The notes: generated by a model from the letters alone, not told the origin. A DNA stretch of 59,361 bases from Paraglomus brasilianum (GCA_910592345.1 CAJVPI010000080.1:1-59361), one strand, 5' to 3'. Numbered from the stretch's first letter, positions 11,129 through 25,116 are shown. Numbers and translations are program-made.

Positions 11129-12497
11129 ATGTCGGAATTAAGCCAACGTCTTCTACTTCCATATTACGTAGTAAACTTCTGTTTCTGTTTAATTTTCTTC
11201 GTGATAAGATACGTTCCAGCATTATGTGACTCTTATTTTGATTTGAGCCTAAGCGTAAGTTAAAAGCTGTGCATGAAGTGACTTTGAAAGTAGTATTCGA
11301 TCATACTCTCAGTATGGTCTCTTGTCATTTCAGCACTTGGTGTTAAAAACCCAGTTAGCTTACACTGAATTCTCACCATTAATTTAGCCACCAGAAGCAA
11401 GATTGTATGGAACACTAATATTCCTCTTGGTAATAAAATACCGCTCAGCCGCGAGTGTAGAAGAATTCTTATCCATTCTATTTTTATACGGCAAGCTGTA
11501 TAATATTGCTATGTTTTATTGGTATGGAAAGACGATCGTGACTGCTATATACGCTGTTGTATGGGGAGGTAAAGATCTAGAGAACTTGTTTCTGTACTTT
11601 TGACTGCAATTTGATTCCATATATTAATCTGCAGCGTTGTATTAGCCAGCTGCTAGGGCATGTCCAATCGCATTCACTAACCCTCTTTCCTCTTCGTCGA
11701 AAACAGTTCTCTTTTCAGTCTTACCACAACCAACCTATCAAGGACCAACAAAAATAATACCTCTTTCCGCTGAAAATCTAAGCGAAATAGAACGAAATCG
11801 ATTTGAAATGGCCGAAGGTCCAATTGGGACAAGAACGAGGCTGGGCAGGGGTAAAGCAAAACAAGAAGACCAATACTGGGTAGTGTTTTTCTATACCACG
11901 TGGAATCCAGCATCATTGAACTTTGAGTATGTCGTCGCCAGGGCTTCAATGATGTAGGTATACGTAATATGGAACAAATGGTGTTGCCAAAAAGCTGAAT
12001 GAAATTCGAGGACTCTCACGCTTCCTCCCTTCCCACTACCCATGACTAGTTATACATCACCAGCGTTGCGTTTCGGCAAGATAGATCTCGATCTATACCC
12101 CTCCCTATCCACAGATTACTCTGTGTCTCTTTCTCCCACTTCCCTTGATCTCCCAACAGTGGTGTTGCTTAAAAATGGAAGAGAAATCAAAAGGTTACCA
12201 GTAAAGTCGGAAGAATATGGAACTGGCGAGGGCACCGGAGAAAGGAGCAAGAATAAGACGCTGAGAAATGTCAAAGAAACTTGGGATCGGTTAGGATGGG
12301 ATCGGAGTTTGGTAAGGACAGAGTAGATAAAGGAGCAGTTGGACAGATATAGGGAAAGGCGTAGATATGTGGTTTTAGTTTACGATCAAACTATCGAACT
12401 ATGGCTAATGACTCACATACTAATTCCCCTCTTATAGGAATCGGTTATCACGGCCTTTAATTTAGAATCACTTTCCAAAAACAATAAATCCAATTAA
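11129..12497 (+). CDS. TMX2: Thioredoxin-related transmembrane protein 2 homolog
   Basis: 5 exons: MSELSQRLLLPYYVVNFCFCLIFFVIRYVPALC.. / EARLYGTLIFLLVIKYRSAASVEEFLSILFLYGKLYN.. / QPTYQGPTKI..YWVVFFYTTWNPASLNF / LRFGKIDLDLYPSLS..LPTVVLLKNGREIKRLP / ESVITAFNL. This matches the TMX2 architecture. Confidence 0.85.
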
Positions 12498-13451
12498 CAA
12501 CTACAAGCCCAATTTACAGGCATCGTTTTGCTTGTGATTACTTGGGGCTGATTGGTCTTTTTCGGATTCTCATTCCGCTAAAGTTTTTGGAATTGAATGG
12601 TCGGTCGACTACTCTTGCAGCTTTTCCTTCTCCTGCCAGCCTGTCCCATCTTGATGATCCACAAAATGTCTCTGTCAGTGTTGAACGACATTGTATGTGG
12701 TCTTTATTCTTTTGTCATTAGATACAACATTGTATGAATTTTTATATATACACATAGAGTGGTCATTGCGAATCAAAATCTTGAACACGAGCGTATGGCC
12801 ATAATTCTGGCTTTGGGAGTTGGCAAATATAACTATACTTGACCGATTCACATAATTTATTGTAAATAAATAATTGTTATCGAACCAGTAGTTTGCAGGC
12901 GAATAACTTTCTGGTTTCCAGCCTGATACTTAAATTTAGTAATATGCATAAAGGTATCATGATGTTTCTGCTTTGCTCTTTATTGTTAACAGGGACATAT
13001 TGTAAAGTACGTGCTTTATGTGTTTTAAATTGTTCTTTCGTTGTTTTAAGTAAACCTACAATTACGTCGGAAGATCTTATTTCCTTGCGTTAATTCTCAA
13101 ATGTCATATCGATTTATTAATAGCAGTGTTTTCGTAACAAACCTTTTAGAATGTAAAAAGATATTACCATGGTCATATAGTAAAGTAATGGATGAATAAA
13201 GTTATAGACCTATACCGACAGTTCTTCTTAAAGTGATATACATTAACGGAGTCATCATGATTTAAGCTCATTATACGTTCGATTGTGGTAAGAAAATATG
13301 AATTTATTAAAGAAAAAGTAACAGGAGAATGTCTTATCTGTATAAAGCTATTGTTAAAATGTATAGTAATAGCATATAACAAATGTTTAAACAATAATTA
13401 ATACATTGAAAAAAACTTCGATCGACAAGTAATTACTTAACTTCCGAGAGG

Positions 13452-14304
13452 CTAAATCTCGTAGGGTTGTTCGCCTGGATTTAGTCGTTTTGTTTGATTC
13501 GATTGATGCAAGCATTGCTGAGTGTCGTTCGATACGCCTTCATTGGGATTGATGTCCTCAATTTGCATGGAGCCGCTTGACTCGGTTTCCGACGCGGTGG
13601 TACTTGAGAGGGTGGTGGAAGAATTGACAAGTTTTGGTTTTTTTGGTGGGGGTGACTGTTCTGCGATGCTTCGGACAACAGTGGTTCGGCGAGACGACGG
13701 AGGAGAGACTGCAGTGTTGGTGCCGTTGGAAGTAGTATTTTTCGGAATAACAAACGTCACATGTTGCAATTCACAATATTAATATATAATATTGTTAGCG
13801 CCTTCGATTTTACTCGAGAGCCGACATTATAAACTTTTGTACGATTTAATAGATGTTTGATTTTTGTTGATTGAAAAGGCTGTTACTGTAAAAGGTTGGT
13901 ACGTACCTCCTGTATTAGTCTTTACATACTGTGAAAGACTTACGTCGAACGAAACTGTCGTTTCTGTAATGTTCGGTTTACTAGCAATCGCACCAATTGC
14001 TGTTACGTAAGTAAAATCATGAGGGATGGATGATGGATCCAGAGAAATTTTTCTAGAGTGGGAGCAGGTGACATTAATATGTGCTGACGAATCCACTCCC
14101 GTAGAAATAGACATCTTTAGGAACCAACGAAGTGACATAACATGGATCTTCGGCATCGACTGGAATAAATTGGATAATGTTGAATGTAATACTTTCGTTT
14201 TCACTTGTTTTTGATTTAACGACTCCCATTCCGACTACAAATTCAGTCCGCGGTGTAGCTTGATAACTGATGACTTCTCCGATTGACCGAATTTCCAAAG
14301 ACAT
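13452..14304 (-). pseudogene. Frameshifted lineage-specific gene (beta-rich, possibly tandem OB-fold-like N-terminus with S/T-rich tail), likely pseudogene
   Basis: Three consecutive minus-strand ORFs (14074-14325, 13827-14204, 13452-13769) read as one protein if frameshifts are assumed near 14095 and ~13830. ATG at 14304 and a TATA-like element at ~14440. The family resemblance is from memory only. Confidence 0.45.
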
Positions 14305-15016
14305 GGTGCTTTTATAGATAGACAATTAAAAAGAAGTAAACTGGAAGGAAAGATAAAAAAGTTGAAGAGATTGTTGTTGTGATAAGGATTTTGGGATGTG
14401 AAATTTACAGAACGTGAATTTGATCGTTCAGGTGGGGTTTTATATATTCTATCAGAAGAGATATATAGCGCTTGTCCGTTTAATTAAATTTTGAGACATT
14501 TATTTGTGTTGTTAATAATTTGACTCTTTATTTCATACTTTTCTTTCTTATTGGTGCCTTTCGTTGACAGATTGATAGGTTTACTATCGGCATAAACGAT
14601 TTGTTAGTTATGCGATTGATCAATGGACAATAAAAGTGGCTTTCGTTTCGAATTGTGTGTCATGCGTTTACGATTTTCCAGCCAGTTACAGTTGTGAATA
14701 AAACTAGCTAGCAGTTATCTTGTGTAATGGTACGTTCGCCAACAGAGCAACTTCATCTATTTGGAAGCAAAGGTAATTTGTAAATATAGGTCGCAAAGGT
14801 TAAGCGCTTATAATATTTTTCTATCAATATTTGCAATTAATACAAATATTGTCAGATTTCTAGAGAATTTCTTCCTCATAATTATTTAAAAAGTACAAAT
14901 ATTATTAGATTTCTAGCATGAGAATTTTGGTTATTTCATTGGATATAGTCATCTGACCTCGAATTTTGATAATAACGTCTAAAACTCCACAAACAAAAAA
15001 GATCGAGAGTTTTACA

Positions 15017-15982
15017 ATGCCCAAGTACTATTGCGGTATGTTGGTCCTAGGACAGATAAAGTGCGTCAAGAAGTATGTATGTTTTTTGGAGATTCGGAAC
15101 GTTTACTAACTTGAAGTTTTTAACGTCTACGATACTTTCAAAGATTACTGTGATGTATACCTAACACACGGTATGTTATTCCTGTCGCAAGAAACCAAAT
15201 AATTATTCAGCCGCGATTGCGAGATCTACTGACTGTACTCGTTGTCTTATTACAGATTCGTCCTCGGTACGCAAAGCCCATAATAATGGCAAGAATCATA
15301 TAATGAACGTACGAAATTATTATGCAGGTAAGTTTTAATTTCCCCTCCTCGCTGATTGCCTCTACAGATCAACTCAACTTCTCCGTTCATTTTAGAGTTG
15401 GGACAGGATAAAGCGCAAGCTATTATTGATGAAATCACAAGAGCGTATGAGCGAGTAGGTCAATCAGGTTTTCCTGCACAATACGGATATGCTCCAGGTG
15501 CTCCGCACCCCCCAGCTACATCAAATCCACCAGCTCCACCGTTTGGTGCACCACCGCTTATGCTTGGAAGATCACAACATCATGGAACAGCTGCGCATGG
15601 AGCAACTGGTGCCCCGCCTGGTGTAGGACATCCATCGATGATGCGTCCGCCATTAGCAGCACAAGCATCTTCAGGTCCAGGAATGTCTCCAACGTCGTTA
15701 ACGCAACCATTTGGCGGTCTACCACAACCGCCATACATGAGACCACCAGTTGGAGCACCGCCTGGCCATTACTCCGGACCAATGCCTCCTCCTCCGGGAA
15801 CTCATCCACCAGGGCCGTATCCTCCCGGTGGACCAACTTCACCGATCGGGCCACCTCCACCGGGAGCTGCTCTACCACCAGGCGTTTCGCGTTTTACATC
15901 TTTTTATTAATCACACCTACGTTTGACACTAAAACGCTGTTACTAATTAATAAAAATGATGCCACAGGCATCAGCGGTCTAG
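15017..15982 (+). CDS. SNRPC: U1 small nuclear ribonucleoprotein C
   Basis: Micro-exons join to MPKYYCDYCDVYLTHDSSSVRKAHNNGKNHIMNVRNYYAELGQDKAQAIIDEIT (matrin-type C2H2 zinc finger), followed by a Pro/Gly/Met-rich tail. The last intron and stop are uncertain (15910, 15982 or 15990). Confidence 0.95.
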
Positions 15983-16379
15983 TACATTAAGAAATAGACT
16001 TGAAAAACCTGTAGATAAGGAAACTAGCTATTGGTAAAAAGCCAATTTAATTCTTGCTCTCTAATACTATGGTGCTTAAAGTGAGTATGTGCTTAAAGTA
16101 AGTACGGTGCTTAATGCTTTAACTGATCTAAACATTGTAGGAGCAGTTCGCCCATACAGTAAGAAAAACTAGTGGACAGTGATTTCGGGATGGTTTATGT
16201 TATTCTTCTAAAGTGAGCTGGCATATTTTGAGTAAATATATAAGTTGACTTTGCTAGACTGAACGTGTTGCCCAAGCAAGGCATACGCTGTCAGCGCTTG
16301 ACTATCTGAATGAATCCATTCCAAATAAGCATGATTTGCTAAATTTGTTTTTCCTTTACCGTTTAATACTAACGTATTG

Positions 16380-17170
16380 GCGACAGTTTACCTCCTCCAC
16401 AGAGATCACGGATGCTTTTTAGGTATCAATGCAAATGTACTATGCTCAAGAAGTTGTGATTCATATATCGCCAGCCCAGATCACAGATAGTGTTTAGTTT
16501 ACATCATAAGTGACATGGTTATCAACATTCCCTAACCCAACCACTATATCCCAAACAATATACTCATCTTCACGATAGGGCTTATTGTTGACGGTATTCG
16601 GTGGGTGCAATGTTTTCAACTCATGCAAATACGTTCACGACACATCTATCAAGACATCCACCGTCTGTTTGGCATCCAGATAAGAGGTTGTTTAAAATCC
16701 ATTGCTGTTATTTTATATACGTTTATATGAAATGCAAAAGGAATTAAGTAATTTTGCTTCCGGACATACATGTTTTGCGAAATTACGAGACTTGGAGATA
16801 TGTACAGCGTTTCTTGTAAGACTAACACAGACTGATGAACTGTTTAACCGTAGAGAGAAGCATATAGTGTTGCAGTTCGTTTGTGATTCTTCTTGCAAAT
16901 AAAGAATATTTTTTCCACGGTTGCTGCGAATATTAGGAATTATTTGGTCATAGTAAGTTTGCGCTTTCGGATCTCTGCCTGATTCTGGTAGAAGATACGA
17001 AATCAATAAATCTTACACATTGCATGATATACTTATAATTAGAACATAGATCATGCTTTTTCTATAAAGATATCTTTAACAACAAGCATAGGAAGTCAAG
17101 TTAATTCTATTTCCTATCACCTCTGGAGAGTGAGGAGCAGCAGATACGGTCTGATCTCTTTCAAAATTTT
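16380..17170 (-). pseudogene. Decayed coding remnant of unknown family
   Basis: The 97-aa ORF 16713-17006 continues in protein-like composition past several stops (..LHPPNTVNNKPYREDEYIVWDIVVGLGNVD..). No recognised motif. Confidence 0.25.
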
Positions 17171-17452
17171 TGTGTCTATGACGGTGTTTGAAGTTTATGC
17201 AAAATTTCATTCGATCATCGTTGTGTGTGATCCAATACTTTAGCCTACATTCGCTAGCAACTCATTGATAGATTGTTCTCTAGTTCTTGCCAGAATTATG
17301 ACATTATTTACTGTTATTTGTTACAAAGTACGCCATGGGCATGTCATCTGCGTGATGTCCAATCAGTATGCCAAGAATCACATTAAAAAAATGATTAATA
17401 AAAAAAAATTCAATGGATTGATACACGGTTTAACAACAACTGGTTGCAAATC

Positions 17453-18647
17453 ATGTCGACTATAACAACAACAACTACTACTACTACTACTACAACAGCA
17501 AAGCAGATAATATATTGTGAGGGTATGTGTTAAAGAAATCTTGTATGTGATTTGGCCTATCTGCGGCAATCCAGTCGAAGTTAACTGTTATCAAAGCCAA
17601 TGCTCGCTAACAGCAATTATTACATTATTCTTTCACAACAGTCTGCACCCTGCCCCCAGAGGTAAAATGATGCACAAGTCCGCTTATTTCATGTATCATT
17701 ATACCCTGCTAATCCTCATGTATTATGTTTTTTAATCAGTACTGTGAATTTGGCCCACAGATAGAAAAATGCAAGGCTTGGTTAAAGGCAAACCATTCTG
17801 ATATGTATGAGAATTTATATACACAAAGTATGTTTAATGTATTTCCAATTATGAATTATGCACATTGTGCTTAAGACTGAAATGGTACATCTCCAAGCTC
17901 TCGAAGACCAAATGGCCAGTACATCATTAGAAGACAATCAGACTACTGACGTTGAAGATAGAAAGAAAGCCAGAGGTTAGTTGCAAGTTTGATTGTTAAA
18001 ACATTGCATTATGGTGGCGTGTCTGCTCAAGTGCTTATCAATGATAATAGAAGCAGCAAAGATAGAACGCGAACTAGAGAAGAAAAGGGTGAGAATTACA
18101 TGATTCGATTTTAAGTAGCCCCTCTCCTGTCGATATTGAGAAATAGTATTTATAAATCCCGAAAATAACGGATCAACAGGCTTCGAAAGTGGTTATTACC
18201 CGTATCGCACGAAATAAACGGAAATGTGTTACGAGTGTTTATGGACTTGAGAATTTTGGTAAGCAGCAAGCTATTACAACAAGCAATATGAACAGGCATT
18301 TCTGGCATTTGCCCACTTTCTTACTTGATTTCCATTCAAACAGACATTGATCTAAAGAAGGCAGCAAAGACGTTTGCCAATAAGTTTGCATGTGGCTCGT
18401 CAGTAGTAAAAAACAATCAAGGAAACGATGAGATAGTTGTCCAGGGAGATGTTAGTGACGATTTAGAAGAATTCATCCCGGCGACGTGGAAGAATGTAAG
18501 TTGAAGATTTTTGCGTCCTTGCGAATGAAGGAAATTTGCCACAAGAATCAAGTTGTATGCTCTGTGCTTATTTGTAACCATGATTATGATCTACAGGTTC
18601 CAGAAGATAACATTGAATTCGTTGAGGATAAAAAATCAAGGAAGTGA
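17453..18647 (+). CDS. TMA22: Density-regulated protein / translation machinery-associated protein 22 (SUI1 domain)
   Basis: 8 exons give IIYCEVCTLPPEYCEFGPQIEKCKAWLKANHSDMYENLY..SKVVITRIARNKRKCVTSVYGLENFDIDLKKAAKTFANKFACGSSVVKNNQGNDEIVVQGDVSDDL..VPEDNIEFVED. The N-terminal poly-Thr is encoded by an ACA/ACT microsatellite. Confidence 0.95.
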
Positions 18648-19022
18648 TTAACGAAGCTCTTAATAATAGACATTACAAGTAATTTATGTTGTAGAGTGGG
18701 AATAACAAATTTCAAATTAAAGAAACAATCCTCTTACTATCTTTTGGTGAAGACGATTTATTATATTGCATTATAATGAATTGGGAATGCTTAAATAAAT
18801 AAAAATAATGAACAAATTAAAGGTAAATTTCTAGTAAATAAGTCTAAGAATTATTGAATCAGATGTCTCTAATGTAAAGAAAAGACATCCAAGAAACGTG
18901 ATACGTCTCCAGCCAGATTAGTCAATATCGCCGTTATAAATTATTATTTTCTCAAATCAAATGTACAGTACATTAGCCAATATCCCATCAACGTCTCACA
19001 CACGTTCTCAATTCCCAAATAT

Positions 19023-22000
19023 TCAAGCAAACAGGTCATCGTAAAAAAATCCTCCCGCAACTAATGGCAGCTCGGACGGCACATCAACACTTTGCGGTAT
19101 CTCTACGCGTTCCCCGCTCAAATCCAACAACTTTACTTTAACTCCAATCTCAGTCAACACATGAATATGCTCTGCGGTATCATTTGATCGAATATTTTTG
19201 TCAAACAGCATGTTAAACCCGTCAGTCCATTCCGAATACTGTATCGGATCTGAGGCAACAAAGTCAGCAAGAGATGTGTCGGGGCCTGATGTAAGAGAAA
19301 AGGAGAGATCCTGTGAGGAGCGATGGGCCTTTGCGCGTGGAGGAGAAGAAGAAAGCGTAGCTTGTTGGGAAGATTGTCCGGTTATTACATCTGTTACAAG
19401 GCTTAAATCGACTAACAATATTTGCGGGGTGGGGTTTGGCAAGGAATGAATAAATGAATTAAGATAAAAGCATTAGTTAACATATTAGCCTGGAAGAAAA
19501 CAGAATTTTGTTCCACTTACTTCTCTCCATTAAATCCTCGACTCCATCTCTTAACTCGACCTTTTCCATAAAATCGCCATAATGTAAGAATTTTCGGTTA
19601 GGACTCAAACGATAAAATCTCCATTTCTTATTTGAATAAATTCTACGACCCATAGTTTGTTGAGGTTGAGTATTCGTAGCAGGAGATGATATGGGAAACC
19701 ATGCACCACGGAGGAGACATTTTATTCTTTGCTGTTTTACGATTTCGTATGATTCTGCATACAGTCTACTACGGAGATTTCTAAAAAAAGAAGAAAAAAA
19801 AAGAAAAAAAAAGCGGTTAGGATATGGAATAAACGGAATCAAACCAGCTACAACAACCCATTTATTCTCCTTGTCCTTTTTATCCCAGTATTCTTCATCA
19901 TACATACCTAACAGGCGTCTTACTCAACAAGTCATCACCAAGCTCTAGTTCCTTCAGTTGTCTATCTCTAATTACTTTATATTCTACTTCTAACATATCC
20001 TTCTCAAATTCGTAAAGCTGCTTCGATGCCTCATCACGTAATGCGAATTTCAATTGACTCCTCACGAGAGCAGATACCTTTGGGAAGTCATCTACAGTAG
20101 CTTCCATCTCGTGCCACATACGAAAGAAAGCCTTGACAGTAATGTAGTGTATCTTACTGAACGAGAGCAGTAATGGTTGAAATGAAGTGGAGGTTGTGTC
20201 TGGATTCGGAAAGCGCGATTTTAAAAAATAATGAATATTTTAGTAAATTTTGAGGTTCGAATGTTTGTCAACTTTCTCAACTCCTAACTTACATCCAGTA
20301 CTGATGTCCCAATAATCACATAATAATTCCGTGACCTCAATTGAGGTTCGGGCAAATGGACATCTTCTTTCGGCCGGTCGATTGATTTGCTCTAGAATTG
20401 TCTAAAAACCAGTAAATTGTTAACTAATGCATAATGCATGTTTGATTCTCTAATGTCATGTGTTTTCTTCACCTTTTGATAATATTCAGTGTCCTTCTTC
20501 ATAAATCCATGCATATTCTCTAGACCAAGATAACCAACACGTTGTATTTCCCATTTAGGCGCCTCCGTCTGTAGTGGGTGAATGGATATTAGCAAGCTGA
20601 TATTAGTCTTAATCTGCCACTAGAATCGCATTATTCTCATCTTCATTATGATTATTTCGACTTACAGCAAATCCTATTTTCCTCCACTTCGCTCCGTCTT
20701 CGGGCAAATTAGCGTTTGTCCATAATTCCTCTAACGTAGCTTTATGTGAAGGAATGTGGAGGGATACTTGAGTCCTCTTCCATCTATAAGCTTGTCGAAC
20801 ACACAATGACTGAAATTCCAAAAGATGTTTTGATAATTCCTCGTTTGGATGACCATTCATAAGGAGCTAAAATAAACGTCAAATGAATACAGAAAAGGAA
20901 AACCGAATATGAATAACTGCTCGATAATTTACACTTGATATACCAATTCAAACAACATGATTTTATACATACCGCCACGGCTTTTCTAACATTTAATTTA
21001 TTTAACATATCCATAAACGACTCCCAATACTGATCAGTAACATGTCTCATGAGAGCGTTAATGAGGCAAAGACTGTTGAGGCGTAGCACATAATCAGCAG
21101 ACGCGAGGCGCTGTACCAACGTTGGCAGGAAATTAGGTTGTAACAAGATCGCATCATGAAGCACATCAAATCCATAACAACGTATTGGAAAATTCAGCGA
21201 GTTCTTGTCAGCAGTGACAAGTTTGATTATAATCGCGGTTGCAGGACGACATATATTGACGAGCGTTTGTTTGACAAGTATTTTGATAACCTTTTTGAGA
21301 TCGAGCGGAAATGGTGAGTATGAACTCAAGATCGCGCTTGGGAATAAAAAACGGATATGAAAACTAAAAACTACCTTGTTAATGAAGAGTATGTCGAGAT
21401 CGTCCCAGCCATGGTCATGTTCCATTAAATTCTGCATAGATGTCAACGCATAGGCAAGGGTATTTCCACTTGATGTATTTATAATCTCGATAAGAGAGCG
21501 CAATCCTCCCCTTCTCAGAAACTCGTCAAAGAATTCTACTTCCTAACAGACGCATTATACAGGTTGGAAAGGAGAATTATCAAGACTCGATCTTTGAATT
21601 CAAACGACTGACACCGAAAATTCGACTCGTGCGAATATTATCGATCACTACCTTGATCAGCTTCTGAAGGGAGAACGTTGTAAGCTTAAACGTCTTCTCG
21701 TCGTTAGACCCTAGCTTCTCACACACTTCAGCTGCTTCAATGATTGGCGACGCAACCAATTTCAATCTTTCATTCTCGGTAACTTTTCTCCTCAAATTCT
21801 ACAAATTAGCATGAGACAGATACATTCGGTCAGCCATATCTAACAAAGCTTTATTCTCAACTGGACGTGTATCTCAAAAATTAATCTATCGTACGAAATC
21901 ATTTGTACAGTTCAAACCTCTTCCGTGATGAGTTCTTCAGTCTCTAGCAGTCTTAATGCGTATAGAGCTGCCGGCTCTTGAATGTCAAACTGTTCCAGGC

Positions 22001-22094
22001 ATAAGGACTTTATTATAGTAGGAAGAGGTTGAGAGATATCAAGGGAACAGGCGACTTGATTTTTCTCCCAATGAACAGTTACTTGTATACTCAT
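19023..22094 (-). CDS. ELMO: ELMO/CED-12 family protein (N-terminal Ras-binding-like and armadillo-like region, ELMO domain, PH domain)
   Basis: Multi-exon: LPTIIKSLCLEQFDIQEPAALYALRL..ELITEE; GNTLAYALTSMQNLMEHDHGW; KWRKIGF..GYLGLENM; RRCPFARTSIEVTELL; MWHEMEATVDDFPKVSALVR; IVKQQRIKCLLRGAWF..WRFYRLSPNRKFLHYGD; WTDGFNML..KLLDLSGERVEIP. Confidence 0.9.
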
Positions 22095-25000
22095 TTTATT
22101 AAGCGAAGGAAATGAAGGGTACAAACAAAAACCAGTGGTTTAGTAAACTAGTTAAATACATTTTGTGGAACGATGTACATAAGCTGTAACATTGCAATAA
22201 TGGTCTACTGTGGATGAACATTCTTTCTCGATAGGCATATTCTCGCTCAATTGTTAGTGATGGAATCCACGTACTAATACTATGAGACAACATCATGGCA
22301 TTGAATTTATTGTTGACATATTTTAATTTAAACACCACAATCACGTGTTGATCTAATAACTTGATGCATGTTCTGAAAATCGTGTAATTGGGATGATATT
22401 TATGATGAGATGCAACACTTGCTCTCTTGTCTTTTCCAACATATAGTCTATCGCCTTAGACACTGCTTGTTTATGATGTAATCGATTTACGTACATCAAA
22501 GATACAAGCTATGCATTCGGCAAGAAAGCATTTGATATCTCACAACAATTAATCTCTTGCCAAAAAAAAAGCGGACGCGATTCTTTATTGGTCAAATCAG
22601 ACGCATTCTAAGTGGTGTAGTACGGAATAAGAATGTAATAGCGCGTACTCATCATCTTCGTTTGCTCTCGTTCATTAATTCTTCTCACGGCCATGTTGAC
22701 TATTGGAACCACACACGTAGGATCATCGAATTTTCCTTGATCCGACATACCAAATACTGCTTGTTGCAAATTCTGGCGGAGCTACCGGATTTGACTGATG
22801 GGAATGGGGCGTATAAGAAACAACACAGTTAAAAGAGATAATCAAACAAAGGGAAAAAAGACATTTGAATCAAATTCACTAACGGTTTGTCCACGAACAG
22901 TCCCCGTTAGTCGGGAATCACGTTCCATCATTTGCTTGTCCCAATAATCTCGAGCAAAACGTGGCGGCTAAGAAGGATCGGTGTTGGCGTGCAGGATGAA
23001 GAAAAGTATTGAAGAGAATTATGAGTAAGACGGTCTTTACTACAAGATTCCTAATCGCTGAATTGCCTGCCACAAATGATCTGTACATATTACGCATCAA
23101 CCTAACAGCAAAAAAAACCCCCCAATGTACGAATGTTAGCAACGTCATTCAATTACTTTATAATGTATACGCGCTCAACAAAAACTTAACTCAAATATGT
23201 CTCTCCCTTTCCATTTCATATAACCAATTCTTGACTCGAGTTCCTTACCTCTCTGTCTTAAGGCTTCTCTCGTAACTGTCTGCAATTTCTAAAACAATTC
23301 ACCCGCCCTCAGAGTCAGATTTTCCATATTACCTTTCCTTCATTTCTAAGATGTGTCTTTGATAGAGTTAGTAAACTGCCTGTCACAGCGAACATGGCAG
23401 ATACAATGCCTGATATTATTGAAAACGATATTGCATAGAGTTATGTGTCAATTTATGTGCTCTTGATAGTCTTAATTTGATAGTCTCGTAACGTCACCTA
23501 ATGGAATGAGTGCTTCGAATGGAACAGGCATGACGATAACTTATAATAGCTGGAAACATTTTTTGCAGACGGAAATTCAAGCTGATCATAACGCCACAGT
23601 ACCTTTTCAGGGTTCGAACCTGTTTAGCCACAATTTTAATTGGACACATTTCGTATATAATTTGTTGACTATAAATTATATCACTAGTCCCAACATATTT
23701 ATCGTGTTTGATCTTTTCTGCCGTTTAAATAATAATCTTCGTTATGCTAGACAAACGCATACAATTATCATTAGCCACCTCGTCAATAATAATAGCGCCA
23801 TAGAAGAATTTAAAGTTCAAAAATTGCTGAGCGCCACAAATTTGGCGTTCCCCATTTTTCTTTAAGGTACCCTTCCCGATACCTTCAGGCACAAAGTCAG
23901 AATTAAAAATTATTAATTAATCAAAAGCATTGTCTTAAAATTTACTAATTACTAGTACCACTTTATTACAATCGATTGAATTGCAACCGTACTATTGAAT
24001 GCATTACTTTGTTTACAAGAAAAGTGCTCGTACCGCGATTGAAATGTTCTGTCAAAAAATTATGCATGATAATATAAGCGAATCAACTATAACAAGAGTT
24101 TATTATAATAAGGCTGAAAGGAAACAATTCCAGGTTTATGTTGCACAGCATTACAGCATTCAATCATTTCCGACCCAAATCGATAATAGTAATAGTCGAT
24201 GATAATAATAATATGTCCCTTATTCCGAACCGGATAACAATGTGATGTTAGAATTTGGCGTCGATTGACACACATTTTCTAGATGACATGTGACCTTCAC
24301 TGTCATGCTAGTATAAATGAATTACTAGTCGTTCTGGGCGGTCGTCGATAATACACGGGTCTTTCGCATTTAGTAAAAAGCCGAGCTTGTCATAAAAAAT
24401 CCACTTGCCAATGCCTGTTTTGACACGTTTTCACAATGCTCGTACTATTTTACGCTTAATTAGTTTATTTTATTCACAAGGTGGAGACTTTGTTTGTCCA
24501 TCGTGTTTGTTGATAAGCTATTGCATGTGCGAACAGGTATCAAAGTCGTCACGATCGAAAAAATACGATTAATTAAATCCAATATTCGAAATAAAACATG
24601 CCGCTAGAGACTACGCATACATTACCAATTATTAGTTACTATCGGTGAGTACAAACAAGGTCTTGTATTATAAATAGATGTCACGTTGTCAATATACGTT
24701 GAAACATCAACTCTACACATTTATTATTTCTCATATGTTGTATATTAAGATACCCCGACATGGTAAGACTGAAACACATACGTTGATTTGGACAAATGAC
24801 CCAACCATCTGGATACTTTTGGTTAAGTTTACTAACATGAACACACGAAGATCTTCCGATGAATGCAAGTCGTATAACCTTCCAATTTTGATCAATCTCC
24901 CGTTGTTGTTTATCCTGTCAATGTTAAATTACAGTTAATTATTAGTATGTTTCGCTCTGACGATTTCTCTGATGTACTAATGAGAAGAGTCACAAACGTA

Positions 25001-25116
25001 GATGAAAGATTCTGTTTAATTGTGATGAAAGATTCTGTTTAATTGTGATGAAAGATTCTGTTTAATTGTGATGAAAAATGCTGTTTATTTGTGATGGAAA
25101 ATGGCGTGTTAATTGT
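25001..25116. repeat. 23-bp tandem repeat (GATGAAAGATTCTGTTTAATTGT), 3 perfect plus 2 degenerate copies
   Basis: Units start at 25001, 25024, 25047, 25070 and 25093. Confidence 0.9.

Noticed and set aside
5089..18647. Apparent cluster of RNA-processing genes (SDE2, cyclin T/K, U1-C, DENR)
   Set aside because: These are common housekeeping genes interspersed with unrelated ones, with no shared motif seen. Chance adjacency is sufficient without synteny evidence.
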